Notes: a model not told the origin generated them from the sequence alone. Positions 16,205 to 26,043 are shown, numbered from the stretch's first letter. The stretch: DNA of 32,000 nt from Fidelibacterota bacterium (GCA_018657495.1 JABHXA010000005.1:104749-136748), one strand, 5' to 3'. Translations and numbers: made by a program.

Positions 16205-18016
16205 TTGGTGTTTATTTCATGTAAAAGATTATTTTTTGATTTAATTTTCCCTGTCTTCGGCGTAATTTTTTTAATTACTCTTTCCTTCTCTGCGGATAAC
16301 AACAACTCCGATCTATCCTTATCATCAAAAGAACTTTTTTCTATATATGATTATGACGAAAATGACCTACAAATCCTCCAGGATATTATCACACTCAATA
16401 ATCTTGATATAGAGCCTTTAGAGCTGGGTGAACAGGCATGGTCAAATGAACGGCTTGTGTATCTTGACATCAGCAACCAATATGAACTAACACTACTACC
16501 TGATAATTTTGGCGATTTGGAAATGCTGGTAGAATTAAACCTGGATGAAAATAATCTTACGTCACTACCTGTTTCACTGTTTGATATACCTCAATTGGGA
16601 AATCTTTCCCTCCGTCATAACCAACTGAGCACATTGCCGGAGATTTTATCAGAAACCATATCCATTACCAGTCTAGATATTGCCTATAATCTTATCTCCT
16701 CCCTTCCTGTATCTTTTGGCAATCTTTCCAATCTTTTCATTGTGAACTTATCCCATAATCAAATAAGCGAATTACCGGAGACATTCACCGGTCTGAGCAA
16801 TTTGTATTCTTTGAATTTAGATGATAATCAATTAACCATTCTACCGGAGAATCTTTATTTATTGTCACAATTGAGTTGGATATATGCATCGGAAAATCTA
16901 TTGTCAGAAATTCCAGAATCACTTTTTGATAATACAAATTTTCAAATTATGGATTTCTCATCAAACAGCCTCACAGAACTTCCTGACAATTTTGACAATT
17001 TGCCATTTTTATTTGAATTCAGTTGTGCACATAACCAGATATCTAACATTCCGCCATCATTTACGACGCTCACAAACCTGATTGCAGCCAATTTTACCGA
17101 TAATAATTTGAGTTCCCTGCCTGACGGTTTTTCATCTTTGAATAACCTAACATCTTTACACCTGGCCGAAAATACAATTACCGATTTCCCAACCGAAATT
17201 CTAGATTTATATTTACTTCGTCAACTGTATGTAAACGATAATCAGTTGAATGGAATTCCTGATGAATTGGCCTCACTTGACTTGCAGCAGCTAAATCTCT
17301 CAAATAATAACATTCAATCTATTCCGGAATCAATAGGTCAGCTGATCTCATTGGTGAGTCTTGATATTTCTGAAAATCCTATTGCAAATCTCCCTGTATC
17401 TATCGGGAATCTAGAGCTTCTTTACGAATTGAAGGCTTTTGATTGCTCACTCACCAGTTTACCCGCATCATTGGAAAATTTATCCGCGCTCCTGCTGTTG
17501 GATATTTCGAATAATCTACTCACCAGTCTACCGAATGAAATGGGTTTTATACCTTTGGTCCAAGTGATAGATTTATCAAATAATTATCTGATTGAAATCC
17601 CCTCAACTTTTGCATCATTTGAAGAATTATGGATTTTGTACCTCGATAATAATTCACTGTATTGTTTCGATGGTGTACAGGATGAAAATGATATCCCTGA
17701 TTTTCTTTTAAATCCCGGTCTTACATGGATTAGCGGATTATTTTTCCAGGATTGTTCTGTCGCCGGATGTACCGATTCTGAAGCATATAATTATCTCCCC
17801 GAAATGATTGTAAATGACGGTAGCTGTTATTATTCTTTAGAGGGCGATATAAACCATGATACTTTTGTTGATATTTTAGACATTGTTTTGATGGTGGATA
17901 TAATCGTTAACGGGATTTTACCTGATGAATTTATTTTACTCACCGGAGATCTGTCAGAAGACGGTGAACTGAATATTCTTGATGTCGTAATACTGGTTCA
18001 GTTGATCCTTGGGTAA
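16205..18016 (+). CDS. Secreted leucine-rich-repeat protein with C-terminal dockerin-like pair
   Basis: Signal-peptide-like N-terminus (FDLIFPVFGVIFLITLSFSA). About 18 consecutive ~23-aa LRRs of the LxxLxLxxNxLxxLPxxhxxLxx type (nt ~16454-17681). A Cys-bounded GCTD..AYNY..NDGSC motif follows. Dockerin segments GDINHDTFVDILDIVLMVDIIV and GDLSEDGELNILDVVILVQLILG lie at nt 17843-18013. The start is TTG at 16205 or GTG at 16208. Confidence 0.8.
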   Translation: MVFISCKRLFFDLIFPVFGVIFLITLSFSADNNNSDLSLSSKELFSIYDYDENDLQILQDIITLNNLDIEPLELGEQAWSNERLVYLDISNQYELTLLPDNFGDLEMLVELNLDENNLTSLPVSLFDIPQLGNLSLRHNQLSTLPEILSETISITSLDIAYNLISSLPVSFGNLSNLFIVNLSHNQISELPETFTGLSNLYSLNLDDNQLTILPENLYLLSQLSWIYASENLLSEIPESLFDNTNFQIMDFSSNSLTELPDNFDNLPFLFEFSCAHNQISNIPPSFTTLTNLIAANFTDNNLSSLPDGFSSLNNLTSLHLAENTITDFPTEILDLYLLRQLYVNDNQLNGIPDELASLDLQQLNLSNNNIQSIPESIGQLISLVSLDISENPIANLPVSIGNLELLYELKAFDCSLTSLPASLENLSALLLLDISNNLLTSLPNEMGFIPLVQVIDLSNNYLIEIPSTFASFEELWILYLDNNSLYCFDGVQDENDIPDFLLNPGLTWISGLFFQDCSVAGCTDSEAYNYLPEMIVNDGSCYYSLEGDINHDTFVDILDIVLMVDIIVNGILPDEFILLTGDLSEDGELNILDVVILVQLILG

Positions 18017-18128
18017 TCCTATCTGCCAAGGTGGGTTTTCAGATTTCACATCCGTATAATTAACTTCAATTTAACTTAATTCCCACTCGTTATCTGCAAC
18101 TTGCATTTTGTAATTTTTGCCACTGAAT

Positions 18129-19571
18129 ATGAACATTATTTTTATATCTGCTGAAGTTATACCCTTTTCAAAAGCCGGTGGTTTGGCTGATGTCTCCGGG
18201 GCCCTGCCGCAACAAATATCTTCATTGGGGCATAATATCTCTGTCATAAGCCCCCTGTATTCTAAAATCAATCCTGAAATGGACCATATTATTGATTCCG
18301 GTTTTGGAGCGCTTATCCAAATGGGAAATGAAGAAGTCCCTTTTGAGCTTTACCAGTTTGATCAAGATCACTCTAATGATCTACGTCATTATTTCATCCA
18401 CAATGATGAAATGTTTGGAAGAGATGGTATATACACACTCCCCAATGGTGAAGGATTCCCAGATAATAATTTCAGATTTTTCTTTTTTCAGAAAGCCGTT
18501 TTGAAATTGATTGAAACAAGATTTCTTGAAGCAGATATCGTGCATTGCAATGATCATCATACCGCCATGCTGCCATTTTTTATAACCAATCGAAAAATGG
18601 AAATTGCCACCATACTGACTGTCCATAATTTTCAATATCAGGGGTATTTTTCTCAGGCGGAAAGTAAATATCTTGATGAGCAGGATATTAAGAAATTGAT
18701 AGATATTCCATCTGAGGACAGATCATCAATGTACCTTGGCTGTACATTTGCCAATCAGGTGAATACAGTGAGCCCAACCTATGCTGATGAATTACTCGCC
18801 ATCAATGAACTTTCCTATGAACTGTATTCAACCCTGAACCAGATTTCTCATAAATTTTCAGGCATCTTAAATGGAGCAGATTATTCGTATTGGAGTCCTG
18901 AAAATGATACATTTATAAAAAACAGGTATTCACCATCTGATCTATTTGGAAAATCAAAAAATAAATCTGCGCTCCAAGTATATGCCGGTTTTGAACCTGA
19001 TGAAAGCAAACCACTGATAGGATCAATATCTCGACTGGTTGAGAATAAGGGATTTTATCTCATCCTCGATATAATTCCTGACCTGGTGAAGATGGGGGTT
19101 CAATGTGTATTTCTTGGTTCAGGAATGGATGATATTTCTCAATCTCTAAAAGATTTTGCTAATCAATATCCGGAAAATATTTTTTATGAAGGTCGGTTTA
19201 ATGAGGAACTTGCCCACAACATCGAAGCCGGTTCGGATATGTTTCTCATGCCATCGAGATTTGAGCCCTGTGGTTTGAATCAGATTTACAGCTTGAAATA
19301 CGGTACGATCCCATTGGTGTACAAAACAGGAGGATTAGCGGACACCGTTCAGCAGTGGGATGGTAAAAATGGCAATGGTTTTCTATTTCAACAGTATGAT
19401 AGTTCACATTTGCTGGATATGATACAGCAGGCTGTTAAAATATGGAAAGATAAAAACCAGTGGTTATCCATCATTTCAAATGCAATGGAAGCAGATTATT
19501 CATGGAATCAGTCTGCAAAACAATATATCGGGCTTTACCAATCAGCCCTTGGAGAATTAAATGAAAAATAA
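18129..19571 (+). CDS. glgA: Glycogen (starch) synthase, ADP-glucose type
   Basis: MNIIFISAEVIPFSKAGGLADVSGALP is the canonical GlgA N-terminus (KxGGL). The C-terminal part has SRFEPCGLNQIY and TGGLADTV. I prefer the ATG at 18129 over the TTG at 18117 given in the ORF track. Confidence 0.9.
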   Translation: MNIIFISAEVIPFSKAGGLADVSGALPQQISSLGHNISVISPLYSKINPEMDHIIDSGFGALIQMGNEEVPFELYQFDQDHSNDLRHYFIHNDEMFGRDGIYTLPNGEGFPDNNFRFFFFQKAVLKLIETRFLEADIVHCNDHHTAMLPFFITNRKMEIATILTVHNFQYQGYFSQAESKYLDEQDIKKLIDIPSEDRSSMYLGCTFANQVNTVSPTYADELLAINELSYELYSTLNQISHKFSGILNGADYSYWSPENDTFIKNRYSPSDLFGKSKNKSALQVYAGFEPDESKPLIGSISRLVENKGFYLILDIIPDLVKMGVQCVFLGSGMDDISQSLKDFANQYPENIFYEGRFNEELAHNIEAGSDMFLMPSRFEPCGLNQIYSLKYGTIPLVYKTGGLADTVQQWDGKNGNGFLFQQYDSSHLLDMIQQAVKIWKDKNQWLSIISNAMEADYSWNQSAKQYIGLYQSALGELNEK

Positions 19572-20808
19572 ATTGAGACTCGACGCTATTATAATGGGTG
19601 GAGGTCGTGGTGAGAGACTAAATCCTCTCACAAAATATAGGGCAAAACCAGCTGTACAAATCGGGGCGAAATACCGATTAATTGATGTCCCAATAAGTAA
19701 TTGTATCAACTCAGGAATAAAGAATATCAGGCTCTTGACTCAATTCAATACCTTGTCGCTTCATCGCCATATTTATCGATCCTATCAATTTGATTTATTC
19801 TCAGGTGGAAATGTGGAAATTCTTGCTGCTCAGCAGACTTACGATCGTACTGACTGGTTTCAGGGCACTGCCGATGCTGTAAGATCTTATTGGTCACGGC
19901 TGGAAAGTCTCCCGGCCACTCACTATGTGATACTTGCTGGTGATCATCTGTACAAAATGGATTATTCCAAATTTTTCAAATATCACCTGGAAAATAATGC
20001 CCAGGTATCCATCGCCGTAAAACCAAAACCGTTGGATGCTGCCAGGGAGTTAGGTGTGTTAAAAACAGACCAATCCGGTCGCATCACTGAATTTGCTGAA
20101 AAACCACAGACGGATGAGGAAATCCATAATATAAGTCAAATTATTAACGGTGAAAAATGCGTCCTTGCCTCAATGGGTATTTATATTTTTAATAAGGAAG
20201 TATTGAGAGATGCATTGACTATGAAGGGCAACGACTTTGGGAAAAATATCATCCCTGCATCTATTTCAAAATATCGGACATTTGGTTACCATTTTGATGG
20301 ATACTGGGAAGATATCGGAACCATTAAAACATTTTTTGAAGCAAATATGGCCTTGACCGACCGCCATCCCCCATTTTCATTTTTTGATGTGAATAAACCG
20401 GTTTATACCCATTCACGATTTCTACCAGGTGCCATTGTTGAGAATGCCCGAATAATAAAATCATTCCTTGCCGAAGGCTGCCATATATCAAACGCCACAA
20501 TACAGAATTCCTTAATAGGGATCCGAAGCGTCATTGGTGATAATGTGAATATGGATCGAACGTATTTAATGGGTGCAGATTTTTATGAGGACATGGATTC
20601 CGACTCAGATTATGATATACCAATCGGTATTGGTAACAATTCTGTTCTAAAAAATGTCATCGTTGATAAAAATGCCAGGATTGGAAAGAATGTTCAATTG
20701 GTGAATTCAAATAATATTACCGAGGAATTCCACGATAATTATGTTATCCGTGATGGAATTATTGTTATTCCAAAAGGAGCCGTTATTCAGGATGGCACCG
20801 TAATTTAA
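19561..20808 (+). CDS. glgC: Glucose-1-phosphate adenylyltransferase
   Basis: IIMGGGRGERLNPLTKYRAKPAV...GKYRLIDVPISNCINSG, WFQGTADAV, and a left-handed beta-helix-like C-terminus. It overlaps the glgA stop by 11 nt. Confidence 0.9.
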   Translation: MKNKLRLDAIIMGGGRGERLNPLTKYRAKPAVQIGAKYRLIDVPISNCINSGIKNIRLLTQFNTLSLHRHIYRSYQFDLFSGGNVEILAAQQTYDRTDWFQGTADAVRSYWSRLESLPATHYVILAGDHLYKMDYSKFFKYHLENNAQVSIAVKPKPLDAARELGVLKTDQSGRITEFAEKPQTDEEIHNISQIINGEKCVLASMGIYIFNKEVLRDALTMKGNDFGKNIIPASISKYRTFGYHFDGYWEDIGTIKTFFEANMALTDRHPPFSFFDVNKPVYTHSRFLPGAIVENARIIKSFLAEGCHISNATIQNSLIGIRSVIGDNVNMDRTYLMGADFYEDMDSDSDYDIPIGIGNNSVLKNVIVDKNARIGKNVQLVNSNNITEEFHDNYVIRDGIIVIPKGAVIQDGTVI

Positions 20809-20817
20809 AATCAGCGA

Positions 20818-20835
20818 TTCAGGATAAATCCTGAA
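20818..20835. terminator. Short hairpin between convergent glgC and the protease gene; possible bidirectional terminator
   Basis: TTCAGG (20818-20823) - ATAAAT - CCTGAA (20830-20835), extendable to an 8-bp stem. No clear U-tract. Confidence 0.35.
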
Positions 20836-20848
20836 CTGAACAATCGTA

Positions 20849-23278
20849 TTACTGTTCTAATATAATCGAAACCAGCGAGATCAAATCCAAAACATTTAGA
20901 TCACCATCGCCATTTGCATCAGCAGCCCACACCTGACAGGGTTCAGGATCTTCAGTGTTGCCAATAATAATATTTACAATGGTTATTATATCCAATATAT
21001 TGAGAAGATCATCCTGATTCACATCACCAGGTTCCCATTCGCTGCAATTTAACGTACCAATAGCAGTGAGTATAGGGATTACAGGGTGGATGTTTGAGTA
21101 ATCGTTGGTGGTTAATTTGACCCAATCCTGATATATACCTGGAGCCACACCTGCAGAGTTCACCGTAATGGTCATTTCAATTGCTTCCATGGGTGGAATT
21201 GTCGCTTCCAGTGGACTGATTGTAAGAAAATCATGCATAGTCTGAATGAGAATGGACATTTCATCATGGGCATATTCCATGTTATAGTTTATGAGTATTC
21301 CATCATCACCTACTTCGTTTTGGATTCCTATTGTTGCCAAACCTAATTCACCTACCATTGAGCGATAATTAAACATAATGACACCGTCATTATACAATAC
21401 CATTTGAAAATCATAGGTGCCTTCAATTTCATTCGTACCATACCAATGAACCACATGATCAAACCAAATCACTAGACGACTGTCATCTGAATGGTAATAG
21501 ACATCACCCGCCATTAAGTTACTGTTACCTGAATTATTAGGATTCAGATCGTCCCAGAAGCCAAATACTCCCGGCATGGGTGCTTCTTCAGATGGCAGCA
21601 CAGTATTAAGCCACTCCACATTGTCATCACCAAAACCGAGCCAGCCATTGGCATTTACAATGCATTCTGTATATTCGAGTCCATAAAATGGAAAGGCAAA
21701 ATCCAGCTGAATTGATTCAGGAGCAGCTTCATCATTATGAACAAAATTAACTTCCGTGCCAATACCTTCAATATCTATCCATTCATATTCAATATACTCA
21801 TCATCTGAATCAGTCCAGTAATATTCATCAGGATCAATTGAATAGGTAAGATCATCATCACCGGTGTTGACAATCAGAATAACATCTGACACTTCATCTC
21901 CCGGATCCATTTCAAACTCGATAAGTTCAACGGGAATATCAATTTGTGGGGTGGACATTGAATAGGATACAGATTGAAAAGCATTCAGTCTACCAAAACC
22001 TGTTTCGGTGTCAAATCCAGGACCATATAAATCGTCAGCCGTTATTTCCATAATAGCCAGGACCTGATCAGCAGATAAAGCTGGAGTGACGGATAAGATC
22101 AAGGCACCGATTCCCGCAGCATGAGGGCATGCTGATGAGGTACCATTAAAGCTGGAGGTATATCCCCCTCCCATCGATGTAGTATTGATTAATACACCTG
22201 GTGCCATGAAATTTAATTCAGCACCAAAGTTACTCCCCCACCAATTTTCGCCGTCACATGAACCGGGATTCTTTCTTTCATTACATGGTGATAAAGCACC
22301 AACCGATATACAATCGTCATATCTTGAGGGATAACTTACCGTTCCCGTATTATCATTCCCAGAAGCAGCAAATACTACTGTCCCGATTTCGTTGGCATAG
22401 GTGATTGCATTATCAAAATAAGTGACAAAACTACCGCCACCCAAACTCATGCTGATAATTCTGGCTCCGTTATCAGCGGCAAATAGAACACCATTGGCAA
22501 TATTGGTGTCATTTCCTGATCCACCTGAATCAAGAATTTTCACAGACATAATTTTGGACCCCCATGAAACACCAGCGATTCCGCTATTATTATTTCCAAT
22601 AGCCGCAGCGATCCCAGCACATGGTGTACCATGACCATAATCGTCATCTGGATCATCGTCATTATTTACAAAATCCCAGCCGTCAACCATTTTCCCGGCA
22701 AATTCAGAATGATCAGGATTCACACCCGTATCCAATATGGCTATGATAATATCTTCGCTACCAGTTGTTATATCCCAGGCTTCATCTGTATCTGTATCAC
22801 AATCAGGGATTCCCACATTACCTGATCCGGCTTGACCAGTATTATTGTGAGCCCATTGGTCAGAGTAATAAGTATCATTTGGTGTGATATAGGAATGCTT
22901 TATATAATCCGGTTCCACTTTTATGATTCCCTGGATTTTTAGTAATTCATCTAAGGCATTTTTTATATTTTGGGGAGTATCCGTTTCCAAAACATAGTAC
23001 TGATGCAAATCATGAGAGTAATGCGCTTCAGAAAAGTTTTGATAATTCTGGAAAAGAGGATAAAAGTTATAATTTCTAAATTCGCCGGTATAAGCTTCCA
23101 ATCCCGGTAAGAATTCGGCAGTCAGGGGCATTTCTTCCCCTAATTTTGGTGCGATTTCAGAAGACATTTTTAGAACGATTTTATTCATCGACACATCAAA
23201 TTCGTTTAATTGTCCTATTTGCTGTTCAAATGAAAAGACAAAGGAAATGACTGATAATATAATTATAATTTTTTTCAT
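20849..23278 (-). CDS. Secreted subtilisin-family (S8) serine protease with ~300-aa insert domain and C-terminal dockerin-like pair
   Basis: Signal peptide MKKIIIILSVISFVFS and a propeptide-like region. Catalytic triad: D183 (AILDTGV, nt 22730-22732), H216 (YGHGTPCAG, nt 22631-22633), S381 (NGTSSACPH, Ser codon nt 22136-22138). An extra region of ~aa 445-750 (nt ~21029-21946) contains FPFYG...NGWLGF. Dockerin segments GDVNQDDLLNILDIITIVNIIIG and ADANGDGDLNVLDLISLVSIILEQ lie at nt 20852-21028. Confidence 0.9.
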   Translation of the reverse strand: MKKIIIILSVISFVFSFEQQIGQLNEFDVSMNKIVLKMSSEIAPKLGEEMPLTAEFLPGLEAYTGEFRNYNFYPLFQNYQNFSEAHYSHDLHQYYVLETDTPQNIKNALDELLKIQGIIKVEPDYIKHSYITPNDTYYSDQWAHNNTGQAGSGNVGIPDCDTDTDEAWDITTGSEDIIIAILDTGVNPDHSEFAGKMVDGWDFVNNDDDPDDDYGHGTPCAGIAAAIGNNNSGIAGVSWGSKIMSVKILDSGGSGNDTNIANGVLFAADNGARIISMSLGGGSFVTYFDNAITYANEIGTVVFAASGNDNTGTVSYPSRYDDCISVGALSPCNERKNPGSCDGENWWGSNFGAELNFMAPGVLINTTSMGGGYTSSFNGTSSACPHAAGIGALILSVTPALSADQVLAIMEITADDLYGPGFDTETGFGRLNAFQSVSYSMSTPQIDIPVELIEFEMDPGDEVSDVILIVNTGDDDLTYSIDPDEYYWTDSDDEYIEYEWIDIEGIGTEVNFVHNDEAAPESIQLDFAFPFYGLEYTECIVNANGWLGFGDDNVEWLNTVLPSEEAPMPGVFGFWDDLNPNNSGNSNLMAGDVYYHSDDSRLVIWFDHVVHWYGTNEIEGTYDFQMVLYNDGVIMFNYRSMVGELGLATIGIQNEVGDDGILINYNMEYAHDEMSILIQTMHDFLTISPLEATIPPMEAIEMTITVNSAGVAPGIYQDWVKLTTNDYSNIHPVIPILTAIGTLNCSEWEPGDVNQDDLLNILDIITIVNIIIGNTEDPEPCQVWAADANGDGDLNVLDLISLVSIILEQ

Positions 23279-23349
23279 GTTATAACTCCCTAAAAAACAT
23301 GATTAATGTAATTTTTAACTAAGTCTAAAATTGTTCAGTTTGGTATGTA

Positions 23350-24882
23350 TTAATACCCCATGATTGTATTGATTATTAGAATGATATCAAGGATATTGAT
23401 AATCTCATCATCATTTATATTTGCCGCCCATGTTTGACAGTAATCTGGATCTTCCAACAAACCAATTATGATATTTGCCACAATTACAATATCCAATACA
23501 TTTACATCACCGTCAAGATTGGTATCTCCAAGAATAGTATTATTTCCACAATTCATGGATACAGCTGCTTCAACTGCATTAAGGGCATTTATTCGTCCGT
23601 AACCCGTTTCAGCATCCCAACCTGGTCCTAAAATATCAACAGAAGTTTCCTGCAATATTGTTCGAATTTCACCTGGGGTTAATCCTGGGTGAACTGATTT
23701 TACCAGTGCCGCAACACCAGCCGCGTTTGGACATGCCGAGGAAGTGCCATTGAATTCCATGGTATATCCGCCGGAGTTGGTGATAGTAGGGATCTTTACA
23801 CATGGAGCCACGAGGTCCATATCTCCACCATAATTTGCACCCCAGAAACTTTCACCGTCACATGATGAATAGCTTTTTCTTTCATTGCAAGGTGATAGTC
23901 CACCTACAGCAACACAATTCTCATATGCAGAAGGATATCCGAGGACTGAAATATTTTCGTTACCGGTTGCGGCAAGAGATAATGTTCCATTTTCAAAGGC
24001 ATAGGTAATGGCATCATCACAAAGAGACACCTGGTTGGTCCATCTTAGGCTCATACTGATCACATCGGCACCATTATCTGAGGCCCATTGAATACCATTT
24101 GCCAGGATGACTTGGTCACCATTGCCACTATTACCAAGTACTTTTACCGGTAAAATTTTTGAATTCCAGGCTACACCTGCAACACCCACTGAGTTATTCC
24201 CGGCAGCAGCTACAATTCCTGAACATTGGGTACCGTGCCCAAAAACATCGCTTACATTAAAATTATTATCATAGAAATTATATCCATCTAAAAGCCTGCC
24301 CTCAAGTTCTGTATGATCATTAACACCTGTATCCAATACTGCAACAATTACATCCTCACTTCCCTGAGTGATATCCCATGCTTCATCTGTATCCATATCA
24401 CAATCCACATGACCGACATTTCCCGGTCCAGCCTGGCCTTGATTATCATGGGCCCACTGCTCAGGATAATTTGGGTCGTTTGGAACAAAAGCGGGTCTGA
24501 CCTGATAATTATAATCTACTGTTTCTACATCTTGTAAAGACTTCAATTGATTTTGGACATTCTCAATATCCACTGCTTTAGTAAATGATATCACATAATA
24601 CTGGTGCAGACTATTCGATCTGTGTAATTCTGTAAAATTTTCATAGTTTTGAAAAACCGGCTTAAATTCTAAAATGGGAGTATCCTTCAGAATCTGAACA
24701 ATGTCAGTTCGTGACTCAAGGGCCATCGGTTGTTCCAAGCCTAACAAGGGTGAAATATTTTCGTTAAATTTAATTATAATTTGGTTTGATGAAGTAATTG
24801 AGCCATTTATTTCGACCCATGTATTTTCTATTGCAAACAGGGAAGTTAAAAGCACTAAAGCGACAGCGATTCTGGAAAGCAT
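23350..24882 (-). CDS. Secreted subtilisin-family (S8) serine protease with C-terminal dockerin-like pair (paralog of the neighbouring gene)
   Basis: Signal peptide MLSRIAVALVLLTSLFA. Catalytic triad: D184 (AVLDTGV), H216 (FGHGTQCSG), S381 (NGTSSACPN). Dockerin segments GDTNLDGDVNVLDIVIVANIIIG and ANINDDEIINILDIILIINTIMGY lie at nt 23353-23529. The protein is collinear with the 809-aa neighbour through the propeptide and catalytic domain. Confidence 0.9.
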   Translation of the reverse strand: MLSRIAVALVLLTSLFAIENTWVEINGSITSSNQIIIKFNENISPLLGLEQPMALESRTDIVQILKDTPILEFKPVFQNYENFTELHRSNSLHQYYVISFTKAVDIENVQNQLKSLQDVETVDYNYQVRPAFVPNDPNYPEQWAHDNQGQAGPGNVGHVDCDMDTDEAWDITQGSEDVIVAVLDTGVNDHTELEGRLLDGYNFYDNNFNVSDVFGHGTQCSGIVAAAGNNSVGVAGVAWNSKILPVKVLGNSGNGDQVILANGIQWASDNGADVISMSLRWTNQVSLCDDAITYAFENGTLSLAATGNENISVLGYPSAYENCVAVGGLSPCNERKSYSSCDGESFWGANYGGDMDLVAPCVKIPTITNSGGYTMEFNGTSSACPNAAGVAALVKSVHPGLTPGEIRTILQETSVDILGPGWDAETGYGRINALNAVEAAVSMNCGNNTILGDTNLDGDVNVLDIVIVANIIIGLLEDPDYCQTWAANINDDEIINILDIILIINTIMGY

Positions 24883-25188
24883 AAAATATGTCCTTTGTTG
24901 TTTTATTTAATTGTTGTGAAATTTGTGGCAAAAGTTACGCTATAACTTATTTATTACATTGTAACAAATTGTTTTCAACTAAAAATTCTAAATAAATCTT
25001 TAAACTTTTTATCTTGACTATTCACGTTATCAGCTAACAAAATATCTATATGGTTATCCTAATTTTTATCAAATAGTTATATAGTTAATCAAGTTTAAAT
25101 AACTTCTAGCTTTTCCCTTTAAGGCAAGTAGAAAAGGGGCTCATTGGAGAAAGGTTTTGATGATGATGTTTTTTTATCTAATTGAAAA

Positions 25189-25635
25189 TTAAATATTGGC
25201 TTCAACCAGCGCTTCCAGCTTGCTGCGAATTTCACCTGGTAATGTTGCAGATTTGAAATTTGAGGTAACATAAACATGCTTGCTGCTCCCGGATACTCGA
25301 ATTTTGTTTTCTGGTCCGGTAATTTGATAATTGATAGAAAAAGATCTGGTGCCAATTTCAGTAACCGTTACTCCAATAGCCAATATTTCACCCAACTTCA
25401 TTGCCTTTTTGTAATCGGCTTCAGCATGAACAAATGGTAGAGCGGTTCCTGCAGAAAGAAATTGCTGGTGAAGATCCAGATCCAAAGAAGCCATGAAATC
25501 CTCATATGCCATATGAAAATATTCAAATGCACGAGCAAAAAAAACAACGCCTGCAGCGTCAACTTCACTGAATCGTACTTTCTTTTGAAATTGATACATA
25601 ATTCCTCCGGGAATAAATTTACCATTAAATGGCAT
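25189..25635 (-). CDS. Hotdog-fold acyl-CoA thioesterase (4HBT / YbgC-like)
   Basis: KVRFSEVDAAGVVFFARAFEYFHMAYEDF is the typical N-terminal motif (…VR..D.D..G.V......Y). The real start may be the internal Met (MYQFQ…), 12 codons downstream of the ORF-track start. Confidence 0.65.
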   Translation of the reverse strand: MPFNGKFIPGGIMYQFQKKVRFSEVDAAGVVFFARAFEYFHMAYEDFMASLDLDLHQQFLSAGTALPFVHAEADYKKAMKLGEILAIGVTVTEIGTRSFSINYQITGPENKIRVSGSSKHVYVTSNFKSATLPGEIRSKLEALVEANI

Positions 25636-25778
25636 ATCAGTAATTAATTTATAAATTGATCGTGAATTTGTCTGTTATCCAATGTCCACCGATATTAAAT
25701 CCACTTTTTTACATATACCTGTTGGTCATAATTTAAGTTTAATAATTAATCTATACTTGAAGTAAACACAGGTCTAAA

Positions 25779-26039
25779 ATGGACGACAGAATCCTACATT
25801 TGAGAAAAACCATCGATAAAATTGATCAGCAGATCATACGCCTGCTCAAGGATAGAATGATTGCGGCAAAAAAAGTTGGAGAGCTGAAGAAAGAGCTCCA
25901 AATCCCCATCGAAGATCGATCTCGGGAACGGGAAATCCTGCAACGTCTGGCTGAATATGCCGGGAATTCAATAACTGATGAGCAGTTAATCAGAATTTTT
26001 AAAGCTGTGTTCAAATCCTCAAAACAGGTTCAGAAATAG
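25779..26039 (+). CDS. Chorismate mutase, stand-alone AroQ class
   Basis: 86 aa. LRKTIDKIDQQIIRLLKDRMIAAKKVGELKK...PIEDRSREREILQRL is the AroQ helical pattern. It sits at the head of the aromatic amino-acid gene string. Confidence 0.8.
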   Translation: MDDRILHLRKTIDKIDQQIIRLLKDRMIAAKKVGELKKELQIPIEDRSREREILQRLAEYAGNSITDEQLIRIFKAVFKSSKQVQK

Positions 26040-26043
26040 TCTA

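Noticed and set aside
16205-18016. LRR gene as eukaryotic contamination or a chimeric assembly
   Set aside because: It has a bacterial-type signal peptide and the same dockerin module as four neighbouring bacterial genes. It shows the same AT-rich composition by eye and is an uninterrupted ORF without intron-like breaks.
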